The notes under the pieces are model-generated. The model was not told where the DNA came from. It did no database searches and worked only from the letters and a program-made list of their open reading frames with translations. This document shows, in pieces, positions 38,343 to 49,910 of a stretch of 63,991 bases of DNA. Positions within the stretch are counted from its first letter, which is position 1. The number at the start of each line of letters is the position of its first letter. The DNA comes from Octopus bimaculoides (lineage: Eukaryota), in NCBI RefSeq assembly GCF_001194135.2, contig NC_068989.1:22881838-22945828 (forward strand), in the 5' to 3' direction. Made by a program: the position numbers and the translations under genes.

Positions 38343-38937
38343 GATGGCAAGCTGGCAGAATCGTTAGCACACCAGGCTTAGTGGCATTTCGTCTGAGTTC
38401 AAATACCACTGAGGTTGACTGCCTTTCGATATCAGTTGATTACTGTGGTCAATCTAATCAACTTACCCCTCCTCTGGAACTGTTAGTTCTGTGTCAAAAT
38501 TTGAAATCATTATTATTATTAAGGCAGTGTGCTGGTGGAATTGTTAACACACCAGATAAGACACTTAGCAGCATTTCATCTGTCTTTACGTTCTGAGTTC
38601 AAATGCTGCTGAGGTCCACTTTGCCTTTCATCCTTTCAGGGTCAATAAAATATGTACCAGTTGAGCACCAGGGTCAACATATTCGACTTACCCTCTGCCC
38701 TGAAATTGCTGGCTTTATGTCAAAATTTGAAATCACTATTATTATTAAGGCAATATACTCAACAAAATGTTTTGCAGCATTTTCTCTCTTTATGTCCTGA
38801 GTTCAAATGTCACTGAGGTCAACTTTGCCTTTCATCCTTTTAGGAGTCAATAAAATAAATATCAGTTGAACATTGAGGTCAATCTAATCAATCTATCTGT
38901 CCCCAAAAATTGCCAGTCTTGTGCCAAAACTTGAAAG
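38343..38937 (+). mobile_element. Three head-to-tail SINE family D copies joined by (ATT)n
   Basis: Units start near 38343, 38521 and 38746; each has ctgagttcaaat and ends gt(g/c)caaaa(t/c)ttgaaa. Confidence 0.75.
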
Positions 38938-39786
38938 TAACATACAAATCAACTGTTTATAACCATGTATCAGTAAAGATAGATTTTTGTTTGGCAAGCG
39001 GTTGCCAGTGGGTATGTGCTACTGATAGAACGCAAAGAGGCAGAAATGCACTCTAACATTCTCACCACCACTGCTAGTGATAATGTTTCTTTGTTATTTA
39101 ACATTGTACATCTGTCTAGAAGAGATATATTCTCTGGATAAATACAGCAGTTAATTAGACTTTCTGTAGTATCTGTGTTAACTATCATACATAGATTGTT
39201 ATCTGAAATTAATACTGCTTCTGTTGCACACAGCCATGAAACAACACATGCTTTTCTTTGAACTGTCTGTTCATCATCATCATCATCATCATCATCCTAT
39301 AACATCCATTTTCCATGCTGCCATGGGTTGTACGGTTTGATCAAAGCTGGCAAGCTGGGGAGTTGTTCCAGGGTCCAGTCTGATTTGGCTTGGTTTCTAT
39401 GGCTGGATATCCTTCCTAATGCCAACCACTTTACAGAATGATCTGGGTGCTTTCAATGTGGCACTACATGAGTGCTTTTATGTGGTACTGGCACGAGTGT
39501 TTTTACATGCCACCAGCACATGACTCTTGCAAGCCAATCCTCTTCACCAGGAAGAGTCACTTTAACACTTCTGATATAAAGCAGAGCTCTTCTTGAGTAC
39601 TCCTTTTATTTTTCTCTGGAATTTTTCCCCTATCTGACCAAGAGCCATGCTCAAGACAACATTTCTATTCCTATTTAGCCATCTAAATTTGTTTACCAAG
39701 TATCAATCTAATATATTCACTGTGTACATCCAATTGATTTTTGTTGCTTTCTTCCTCCTTTTTTTTTTTCTATTCTTGGATTTGTC

Positions 39787-39788
<2 letters not shown>

Positions 39789-39873
<85 letters not shown>

Positions 39874-39920
39874 TTATGTATGTATATATGTATTTATGTA
39901 TGTATTTATACACACACACA
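39789..39920. repeat. Long (TA)n followed by (TATG)n/(CA)n microsatellite
   Basis: Directly visible. Confidence 0.95.
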
Positions 39921-40093
39921 CACATAAAATCCAAATACAAGATGGATTAAACAGGTTTTATTACAAATCAATGCAATTGTTTCGAAGCATCAATACCAGC
40001 TGTTAATTAGTGAATGGCACATAAACTATAAACAATATTGTATTAATGATTTAATGGCAGTTGTACACATGTGCATCCTCGGGTCACCAGAGG

Positions 40094-40125
<32 letters not shown>

Positions 40126-40274
40126 AACTGTCCAGCTAATGCTAGGAAGGGATATGGACATTAAATGATGGTAATGATATAATGAAGATTTTATTGTTAA
40201 CGAGAATCAACTACTTAAACTAGAGTAAAATAACTAGACACAAATAATATATTCTTATAATCAACTCTCTCATA

Positions 40275-42053
40275 CCCAATGATTGGTGAAGCAGCAGCAG
40301 CACTGTAGTTGACTGCTAATAAGGCAGAAATAATTACAGAGGCATCAAATTGCTGGACCAGTTGATGGAAGTTACAGAAGGAGTCATAGCTCAATTAATT
40401 AGGAAGGGAGTTAATGTAGATAAGACAGTTCAGATTTGTGCCAAGCAGGAGTATGACTGATGCTATATTCCTGGTTAGGCAACTGCAGGAGAAGCATTTA
40501 GCTATTAAGCTTTTGTCAACATGGATAAAGCCTTTGACAGGATCCCTGGCTCCCTTATCTGGCAATCAATGCAGAAGCTAGGAATAGATGAGTGGTTAGT
40601 GAGAGTAGTACAATCTATGCACAGGGATGCTGCCAGTAAAGTGAAGGTTGGCCATGAGTATAGCAATTAATTCAGTGTACAGGTAGGAGTTCACCAAGGA
40701 TCAGTTCTCAGCCCCCTCTTGTTTATCTTAGTCTTCCAAGCCTTAACAGAGGAATTCAAGATCAGTTGTTCTGGGAACTCCTCTATGCTGATGAATTTGT
40801 TCTTATAGCTGAATCATTACCTAAACTAGAGAAGAAATTTCAGGTGTAGAAAAAAGGCTTGGAATTTAAGGGCCTCAGAGTTAGTTTAGCAAAAACCAAA
40901 GTCTAAATAAGTAGGAAAGCAAAAAAATCACAGGTCGCTTCTGAGAGATGGCCCTACTCGATATGTAAGAAGGTTGTTGGTAGAAACTCCTTATGCTGTA
41001 CTCAGTGCAAGCTTTGGACACATAAGAGGTATAGTGGTATCACAGGAAGGTTAACAGAGAATATAGTCTTTGTGTGTGGCAAAGGTGCAGGTACAATAAG
41101 CACTAAAAATGTGCAGACAGTAGGCTCCTTCAAATGCTCGGTGGGATCATTAGAAGTAGTAGATAGTTTCTATTATCTAGGAGACCAAGTTAGCAGTGTA
41201 GTTTTGAAAGTGTAGTTGTTACGATAAGAACAGGTTGGGAAAAGTTCAGAGCTTCTACCTTTGTTGGGAACTAAGGGCCTCTCTCTCAGAAAGAAAGGCA
41301 GATTGTGTGATGCCTGTGTACATACAGCTATGTGACATGGCAGTGAAATATAGGCTTTGACTACTGAAGACTTGTGAAGGCTTGAAAGAAATGAAGCTGG
41401 CATGCTCCGCTGGATGGGTAATGTCAGTGTGCATGTACAACAGAGTGTAAATGGTTTAAGAGGAAAACCGGGTATAAGAGGATTCAGATGTTGTGTGCAA
41501 GGGAGAAGACTGTGCTGGTTTCGTCACGTGATGCATATGGATGAGGATAGCTGTGTAAAGAAGTACTGAACTCTAATTGTGGAGAGTACCTGTGGAAGGG
41601 GCAGACGCAGGAAGTCGTGGGATGAAATGGTGAGAAAGGATCTTCGGACGCTGGGCCTCCCTGAGAAAATGACAAGGGACTGGGAGATGTGATAATTTAC
41701 TGTACTTGATAAAACATGTCAAGCTAAGTAAAATCACTGCCTTCCACACATGCAAGCTTGTCCTTTCAGGTACCAGTGTCACATGGAAAGCACCATGCGG
41801 GTGCCCTGTAAATGCACCCATGCCAGTGCTACATAAATACACCCATGCTGGTGGCATGTAAAAAACACCCAGCACACTCTGTAAAGTGGTTGGCTTTTGG
41901 AAGGGCAACCAGCCATAGAAACCATGCCACAACAGACAATTGAAGTCTGGATAGCTCCCTGCTAGCCAGCTTCATGTCAAACCAGCCAAACCCTGCTGGC
42001 ATGGAGAGCAGATATTAAATGATGATGATGATGATAATGATGGTGATGATGAT
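40275..42053 (+). mobile_element. RTE-clade LINE, decayed RT through 3' UTR and (GAT)n tail
   Basis: NYRGIKLLD, DAIFLVRQLQEK, DKAFDR, GVHQGSVLSPLLF, LLYADE, GRGRRRKSWDE. Confidence 0.9.
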
Positions 42054-42831
42054 TGTAGGGTAGGTGTGAGAAGCTGAATAATCCCAGCCAGTATTAATAT
42101 AAAACCAGTAGAATATTTGAGTTTGATATGGCCAGTTTTAAATATTCAAGGGTTAATGCAAAAAAAAAAAAAAGCCATTAATTTAGATTCTACCCCTGTA
42201 AGATGAATATCAACATTAACATAAATCAAAATGTAATCGACATTTTTATCGAAATCTGTAGTTTCTAAAAGTATCAGGAGATTAACACAGAAAAGGTACT
42301 ACTGGAATTTGAGAGTTAATAAATCTCACAAAATCTGAAAAAGGCAGAACAAGTAGATTCTTGATAAAATAATACCCAAGACCAAACACAAAATTTCGAA
42401 TAAACTTACAGTGACTGATTAGTCCAATTGTATTACCTAACTAAACAAATACTAAGTTTCTCCAATTTGATATAAATGATAATTATGCTCCTGTTACACA
42501 ACCATAAGTTCAGGCTGTAGAATTACTCTAAGACAATCATCAACATAGAAGAATTTGAAATTATAATTAAATTACAAACTAGAAAACTAAATTAACTTTG
42601 ACTTTATGGATGAAAAAGAAAATCATTTAGCACAGCTTTTGATGTGAGTTTAGAAGCTAATGACTCAGCTAAAGTTACTGAGCTAAATGGGCTGTACTTG
42701 CTACGTAAATTAAAGGAAAAATTTCTTATAATTCTGAGAGGATTATATCAAGATAACAGATTTCTGGCACTAATGAATAGTAACATTTCATCTAAATAAT
42801 AGTTTCTTTTATTCTTACCATAAACCAACAT

Positions 42832-43218
42832 GTGGAGGCGCAATGGCCCAGTGGTTAGGGCAGCAGACACGCGGTCATAGGATCGTGGTTTCGATTCCCA
42901 GACCGGGCTTTGTGAGTGTTTATTGAGCGAAAACACCTAAAGCTACACGAAGCTCTGGCAGGGGATGGTGGCGAACTCTGCTGTACTCTTTCACCACAAC
43001 TTTCTCTCACTCTTTCATCCTATTTCTGTTGTGCCTGTAATTCAAAGGGTCAGCCTTGTCACACTGTGTCATGCTGAATATCCCCAAGAACTACATTAAG
43101 GGTACACGTGTCTGTGGAGTGCTCAGCCACTTACATGTTAATTTCATGAGCAGGCTGTTCCGTTGATCGGATCAACTGGAACCCACAACGTCATAAGCGA
43201 CGGAGTGCCAACAAAAAC
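42832..43218 (+). mobile_element. SINE family B, full length, 10-bp TSD aaaccaacat
   Basis: TSD at 42822-42831 and 43219-43228. Confidence 0.88.
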
Positions 43219-44191
43219 AAACCAACATTGAGATAGTCAAACCAAACTAGAACTATTTACAAAAAAATTAGTTAAGAATAGATCACCAACACTTTCCTGT
43301 AAAGTGGCTGACATTTGGAAGGGCGTCCAGCTGTAAAAACCATGCCAAACCTAACTTCACCTGCGCTGGTGCCACATAAAAAGCACTCAGTTCATTCTGT
43401 GGGGTGTTTGCCTTAAAAACCATGCCGAAACAGACACTGAATCCTGGTGCAGTCTTCTGCTTGGATAGCTCCAGTCAAACCATCCAACCCATGCCAGCAT
43501 GGAAAGCGGATGTTAAATGATGAAGATGATTTCATATAATGAAACCTTAGTTAATAGCAGTTTTAAAAATAAAATATCACACGTTACATCAACCAGTAGA
43601 GCTAGAAATACTAGAAATAGATCGAGAATAATTTGTTGATATATAATCCTCTTCACAATTCAGAAATAACAACCAAGAGGTTTTTCTTTACTTAATAAGC
43701 ATTTTCCTCATTACCACAAATAATACTATCTTTTTATGGTAAAAACTGTTAAACTATCCTACTTAACCACACTTAATCTAGTAAAAAAGCACAACTTCTT
43801 CCAACATAGCTAAGTTAAATCAAAATAGATCTATCCATAATAGTAACTGCAATTGTACCAGCACACATCCTCTCAACTCAAATTTCTTAGATAAGGAGCC
43901 AACAAGTGTTCAGTCATTGAATCTATCCAATTCACTTCCACTTTGTTTTCCTTTTCTTCCTCTCTTCCCTCCCATTTGCTATTCATTTTATTCTTCATTA
44001 TCATCAGTGTTATCAATAGTAACTGCTTGTAACTTTTCTCATGAGGTTGGAAACAACATTATCTATGTATTTATAACTTCACTTCAAAGTATGTTTATAA
44101 AAATCTGTTCATTGTATTAATCTGATATAAGATTATTACGATGTTGATGTAGCTAACCATATTGGTTAAAAAAATATATTAAACTACATGG

Positions 44192-44223
<32 letters not shown>

Positions 44224-44243
44224 GTGATGGTGATGGTGGTGGT

Positions 44244-44493
44244 CATCATTTAATGTCTACCTTTTTCATGCACGCATGGGTCAAGCAGAATTTCTTAAAG
44301 CAGATTTTCTAAAGCTGGACGCCACTCCTGTTACCAACCCTCAGCTGTTTCCAAGCAAAGTAATATTTCCCCATGGCTAGATATGTTTTTCCCAGAAGAC
44401 TGGCAACGAACAACATTGCTTGTATGACAGTGATGCTTATTTATAATCATCCCATGTTGTCAAAACAAGAGTACACACACACACACATACACA

Positions 44494-44587
<94 letters not shown>

Positions 44588-44725
44588 ATATGTATGACAA
44601 GCATCTTTTTTACTTTCCAGCTACCAAATTCACTTACATGGCTTTAGATAGCTCAGGCTACAGTAGAAGACACTTGCTTGAGGTGTAATGCAGTGGACTG
44701 AAACCCAAGGCAATATGGTTGGGAA
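44244..44725 (-). mobile_element. SINE family A2 with long internal (CA)n
   Basis: RTE-type tail at the left, CORE-like head at the right, (CA)n at 44473-44584. Confidence 0.65.
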
Positions 44726-44772
44726 ATCAGATAACAGGAGATTAACCATTAAAGAGTAGGACTTTTACTTAC

Positions 44773-44944
44773 GACATGTTGCAAAATTTTGAGGATGTCA
44801 TCCATGTCTAGGTCATAGCAAGAACTCTTCTCTAAAACATGAGAGTTTATCATGTATTTCAGAGAATCTTGAGGAGAATTCAGACATTTTGTACCAGGCA
44901 GTTTGTTCGTATAGGTGATAACAGCTTGTAAGCATTCGTCGAGT
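44773..44944 (-). CDS. KIAA0825: KIAA0825 exon A (172 nt, phase 2 to 0): LDECLQAVITYTNKLPGTKC...DMDDILKILQHV
   Basis: Acceptor ttttttctatcttgtag, donor gtaagt; open frame that joins exon B. Confidence 0.85.
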
Positions 44945-45526
44945 CTACAAGATAGAAAAAATAAACAGTTACTTCAAGAAATTCAGAAAGGAAAAAAATT
45001 CTGGAAAAAATACATGCATTAACTTTTCCTTTTGGTCCTCATCACAAAAATATATGACCTTCATAACAAGTCAAAAGAAACTGGTATTGTCATTTTAGGG
45101 TCAAAAAATTTTTCAGCCTCCAACAATTACAAGCATTCTGCAAAACAAATGTGAGGGTCATAACTGATTATTGCTCCCATATTTAGGATGTTACTACTGC
45201 AACACATACAGATATTCTAGATTGTATTCAGAAAAGAGGCACTTGAATGATTGGCATAAAAATCACTCACAGACATACTCTATCCTCAAGCAGATAAGCA
45301 TGCTGCCTCCTCTCTCTGCTATTTCTACAGCTATACCACTACTTAGTGACCACAGCACCTTCAAGCTGGCTGATTTTGTACCTCTTCCACTCACTTTTCG
45401 TCCTCTCATCAACCCCCAGGCACTGCGTCTAACCACTATTCTCATTCCTTCCTCCTCAGAGCATCATCCCTTTGGAATCTCCTCTTTGCTTGTGCTTTCC
45501 TGCAGATGTCAACTTGCAAAAGTTTA

Positions 45527-45745
45527 AAACTTAAGCATTTAGATTACTCTGTCAAATTTAATGCTTATTTATTTATCTTGTTTTGAATTATCATGCATAA
45601 TTTCATAGATTAGACATTTCAATACTATGATTGTTTATTTTTAGAATGACACTGTAGAGTAGGTGTGAGAAACCAAATCTGACCAGTTGACTATAAAACA
45701 GGTAGAATATGTGGGCCAGATACGGCTAGTTAAAATGCTAAAGGG
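45527..45745. mobile_element. TTAA-type (piggyBac-like) MITE
   Basis: Same family as 58897-59114. Confidence 0.55.
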
Positions 45746-45759
45746 CTAAACAGAACATT

Positions 45760-46148
45760 TTTTTGTTGTTGGCACTCCGTCGCTTACGACGTCGACGGTT
45801 CCAGTTGATCCGATCAACGGAACAGCCTGCTCGTGAAATTAACGTGCAAGTGGCTGAGCACTCCACAGACACGTGTACCCTTAACTTAGTTCTCGGGGAT
45901 ATTCAGCATGACAGAGTGTGACAAGGCTGGCCCTTTGAATTACAGGTACAACAGAAACAAGAAGAAAGAGTGAGAGAAAGTTGTGGTGGAAGAGTACAGC
46001 AGGATTCGTCACCATCCCCTGCCGGAGCCTCGTGGAGCTTTAGGTGTTTTCGCTCAATAAACACACACAACGCCCGGTCTGGGAATCGAAACCGCAATCT
46101 TATGACCGCGAGTCCGCTGCCCTAACCACTGGGCCATTGCGCCTCCAC
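45760..46148 (-). mobile_element. SINE family B, full length, 12-bp TSD aaacagaacatt
   Basis: TSD at 45748-45759 and 46149-46160. Confidence 0.88.
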
Positions 46149-46934
46149 AAACAGAACATTAACCCTTTTGATACCAACATACCTAATGCACATGACCTCT
46201 TTCTGGTTCTGATATTTACTTCTTATTTTGAACTAATCTAAATCAAAGCCTTCCATTAAAATTTCATGTTTACTGATGTTTCAAACCCCAGTTTAATAAT
46301 AACCAAAAGATTGTTTTTACTAAATTCGTGCAATATTTTCAAAATTAGCTGAAACAAAGGCAGTGTATTTCAAGAGAAATATGGTAACAAAAGTGTTAAA
46401 GTGATCTAAATAAAAATCTTTCCATCAAAATTTCATGTTAATTTCTGTTCCAAACATCATCTTGATAATGACAACTATTTAACTAAATTCTTCATCACTT
46501 CCAAATAAATTGAAACAAATGCAGTACACTTAAACAGTAATATAGTAAAGAAAAGGGTTAAAAGCATAACTTGCCAGTCTCAGAGAGCCTGCAAAAGCTA
46601 CAGGTAATGCCTCATTCTCCAGACCCAGCAAATACAAAAGAAAAGAAAATACCAACTAGAATCAGAGATCAAAATAACAAGAAGCAGATAGCTATGTATT
46701 AGTGAATCACTGCCAGCCATATTTTCATGATTCCACACATTTCCCACAAGTCAAATCCATAACCTTTCCTCTGAATACAATAGCTATCTGACCATGTTTA
46801 TCATTATTACAAATTCTGTCCAAGAAGAGAGCAAAATCCAACATTTTACCAGGTGGGAAAAAGAAAACAGAAAAATACAGTATTGAATTAATTATAAATA
46901 TAGGAAATCTGGCTTCCTTGAAATGACTATGTGA

Positions 46935-47222
46935 TTGAGATGCTTGCTTCCCAACTACATGGTTTCAGGTTCAGTTCCACTGCATGGTACTTTGAGCAAG
47001 TGTCTTCTATTATAATCCCAGGACAACCAAAGCCTTGTGAGTAGGTTTGGTAGATGGAAACTGAAAGACACATAGGCATGGTGTGTAGTAAGAAGCTTGC
47101 TTCCCAACCACATGGTTCCAGGTTCAGTCCTACTGCATGACACCATGGGCAAGTGTCTTCTACTATAGACTCAGGCCAACCAAAGCCTTATAACTAAATT
47201 TGGTAGACAGAAAACCGAAAGA
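46935..47222 (+). mobile_element. Two tandem SINE family A heads
   Basis: gcttgcttcccaac(t/c)acatggtt...gcaagtgtcttct...ttggtaga repeated twice. Confidence 0.7.
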
Positions 47223-47232
47223 AATTTGTCAT

Positions 47233-48322
47233 ATCATCATCATTTAAAGTCTGCTTCTATGCTGGCATGGGTTGGACAGTTTGACTGAAAACTGGTAAGC
47301 CAAGGGCTGCACCAAGTTCCTACCTAATTTGGCAAGGTTTCTATGGTTGGATGCCCTTCCTAACGCCAACCACTCAGACAGTGTAGTGAGTACTTTTTAC
47401 ATGCTACTGGCACAGGTGCCATTGACCTGACACAGGCATCAGCCATGACTATGGTCTCAATCGGCTTGACAGGTCAATACAAGCACAGTGTATTACCAAG
47501 AGTCTTGGTCACCTGTCACTGCCTCCATGAGGCCCAACACTCAAATGGTGCTTTTACATGTCACCGGCACAGTTTGTCAGTCAGACTGCACTGGCATCGG
47601 CCATGACCACGATTCCTCTCAGTTCAACAGGTCTTCACAAGCACAGCATATCACCCAATGATTGAAAGTTGCTTTTAATGGGCCACTTACGCGACTGGCA
47701 TCAGCCACGACTACAATCTCACTTGGCTTGATGGGTCTTCTCAAGCATGGAATACCTCCAAAGGTCTTGGTTGCTTGTCATTGCCTCTGTGAGGCCCAAT
47801 GTTCGAAGGTCATGCTTCACCACCTCATCCCATGTCTTCCTGGGTCTACCTCTTCCACAGGTCCTCTCCACCATTAAAGTGCAACACTTTTTCACACAGC
47901 TGTCTTCATCCATACGCATCACATGACCATACCAACACAATCGTCTCTCTTGTACACTACAATCTGATGCCTCTTATGTCCAACTTTTCTCTCAGGACAC
48001 TTACACGCTATCATGCACGCACACTGACATTACACATCTAGCAGAGCATTATTTCTTACAAGCTTCTTACTAGCTTCATTTCTTTCAAGCCTACACATGT
48101 CTTCAGTCATCACAGCCCATGTTTCACTGCCATGTACCATGGCTGTTCGCACACATGCATCATACAGTTTGCCTTTCACCCTGAGCAAGAGGCCCTTTGT
48201 TACCAGCAGAGATAGGAGCTCTCTGAACTTTGCCCAGCTTATTCTTATTCTAGCAGCTACACTCTCGGAGCATCCACTCCCACTACTGACTTGTTGACCT
48301 CGGTAACGGAAGCTATCAACTA
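47233..48322 (-). mobile_element. 5'-truncated RTE LINE with modular 3' UTR and (ATG)n tail
   Basis: WYGHVMRMDEDSCVKKC...GRGRPRKTWDEVVKHDLRTLGL...EKTHQAK stop, then about 480 bp of UTR. Confidence 0.9.
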
Positions 48323-48323
48323 C

Positions 48324-48418
48324 TTCCCACTGTATGGCATATTGAACAAGTGTCTTCTACTATAGCCCCAGGCTGACCAAAGCTTTGTAAGTGGATTTGG
48401 TAGACAGATAGCAAAAGC

Positions 48419-48465
<47 letters not shown>

Positions 48466-48724
48466 TGTGTATGTGCATGTGCGTGCGCACATGCACACAT
48501 TCAGGTGAAAATGTTTGTCTCCTTGTCTTGGTATCATCCGCCAGTTCCAAAATAATTTTCACTGTCATACAAGCAATGTCATTCATTTCTATGGGGAAAT
48601 ATTACCTTGCTTAGAAGTAGGTGAGGGTTGGAGACAGAAAGAGCATCTGCCTATGCAAAACGTTCTTCAATAAATTCTGTCCAACCCATGCAAGTATGGA
48701 GAAGTGGATGTTAAAATGATGATG
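48324..48724 (+). mobile_element. SINE family A2, 5'-truncated
   Basis: CORE-like segment, (TG)n and RTE-type tail. Confidence 0.7.
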
Positions 48725-49416
48725 AGAATTTAAAAAGTCAACGAATGAACCTGTATGTGGTCACTTGAATTGCTAGAAATAGCAGGCAATTTTCCTTTAA
48801 ATCATGCTCCCCAAAATCACAAAAATGGATGTATTGGATAATGTAGTTCTGGAATCTCTGCATAGTGAAATAAGATGGGATGGTCATGGCTGCAATACAG
48901 TGTATGTACGCGTGTACTTTTATCATAGGACTGCTAGAGTAGGGCTGACTTGGAGCTGAACAACAGCAATATAGTTGCATACACACTCAACAATATATAT
49001 ATATATACATATATGTATATATATATATATATANNNNNNNNNNNNNNNNNNNNNNNNNNNNNNNNNNNNNNNNNNNNNNNNNNNNNNNNNNNNNNNNNNN
49101 NNNNNNNNNNNNNNNNNNNNNNNNNNNNNNNNTATATAATTGCAGCGTAGAAGGTGCTGCAATTGTTTTCGTTCCAGCACACGATCTCAGATCAGGTCAC
49201 TTGCTATGCAAGTGCATCTCCGTAATATATATATATATATAAATATATATATATACATAGAGAGAGAGAGGGGGGAAAACAGACAGCAGACAGATAGAGA
49301 TAGACAGAGTGTATGTGTGAAAGAAAGAAAGGAAGAAAAAAGAAAGAAAGAGAGAAAGAAGGAGAAACAGTTATATTCCTGTCACTTGATGAAGTTATTG
49401 GCCTTTAAAGGTCAAA

Positions 49417-49538
49417 TGTTTCAAAAACAACTTGAAAACCCACAGTTCAAGCAATGAGTTTTACATAACATTTCATGTGAAAGGCTACTGAATAACATTT
49501 CTAGAAAGTTATCCAAAACCTCAGTACTTTCATGCCAT
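49417..49538. repeat. Arm 1 of a 122-bp inverted duplication
   Basis: Reverse complement of 49911-50032 with 2 mismatches. Confidence 0.95.
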
Positions 49539-49621
49539 AAATTAATGGCTAGAAACATCTTCAAAGAACTCTTTGATTCCTGCAAAATAACCAAAAAAAA
49601 ATAATAAATAAATAGATGCAA

Positions 49622-49910
49622 ACACGGCTGCGTGATAAGAAGCTTGCTTCCCAGCTAAATGGTTATGGGTTCACTCCCACTGTGTGGCACCTTGGGCAAG
49701 TGTCTTCTATAGCTTCAAGCCAACCAAAGCTTTGTTAGTGGATTTGGTAGAAAGAAACCGTACGTACGTACGTACGTACGTGTGTGTGTGTGTGTGTGTG
49801 TCTTTGTCCCCCACCACTGTTTGACAAAATAGTTCCTACCAAGGTGGTGCCACAGTATGGCTGCAGTCAAATGACTAAAACAAGTAAAAGATAAAAGAAA
49901 TAAAAGAAAG
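49622..49910 (+). mobile_element. SINE family A1, internally deleted
   Basis: A head, (CGTA)n(TG)n, tail ggtggtgccacagtatggctgcagtcaaatgactaaaacaagtaaaag. Confidence 0.75.

Larger units (their letters stand above)
1316..44944 (-). other. KIAA0825: Partial multi-exon gene, KIAA0825/DUF4495 orthologue (11 coding exons, about 750 codons; N-terminal and 3' exons not in view)
   Basis: All introns GT-AG with matching phases. Spliced DAESYHWAEEKEFYE|NERCSFPIQMWH matches recalled human [27 protein letters not shown], and the exon order is colinear with the human protein. Needs BLASTP confirmation. Confidence 0.9.

Noticed and set aside
49421-49621. Minus-strand ORF with a good acceptor at 49580 as the missing first coding exon
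   Set aside because: No convincing phase-2 donor and no similarity to the expected N-terminus
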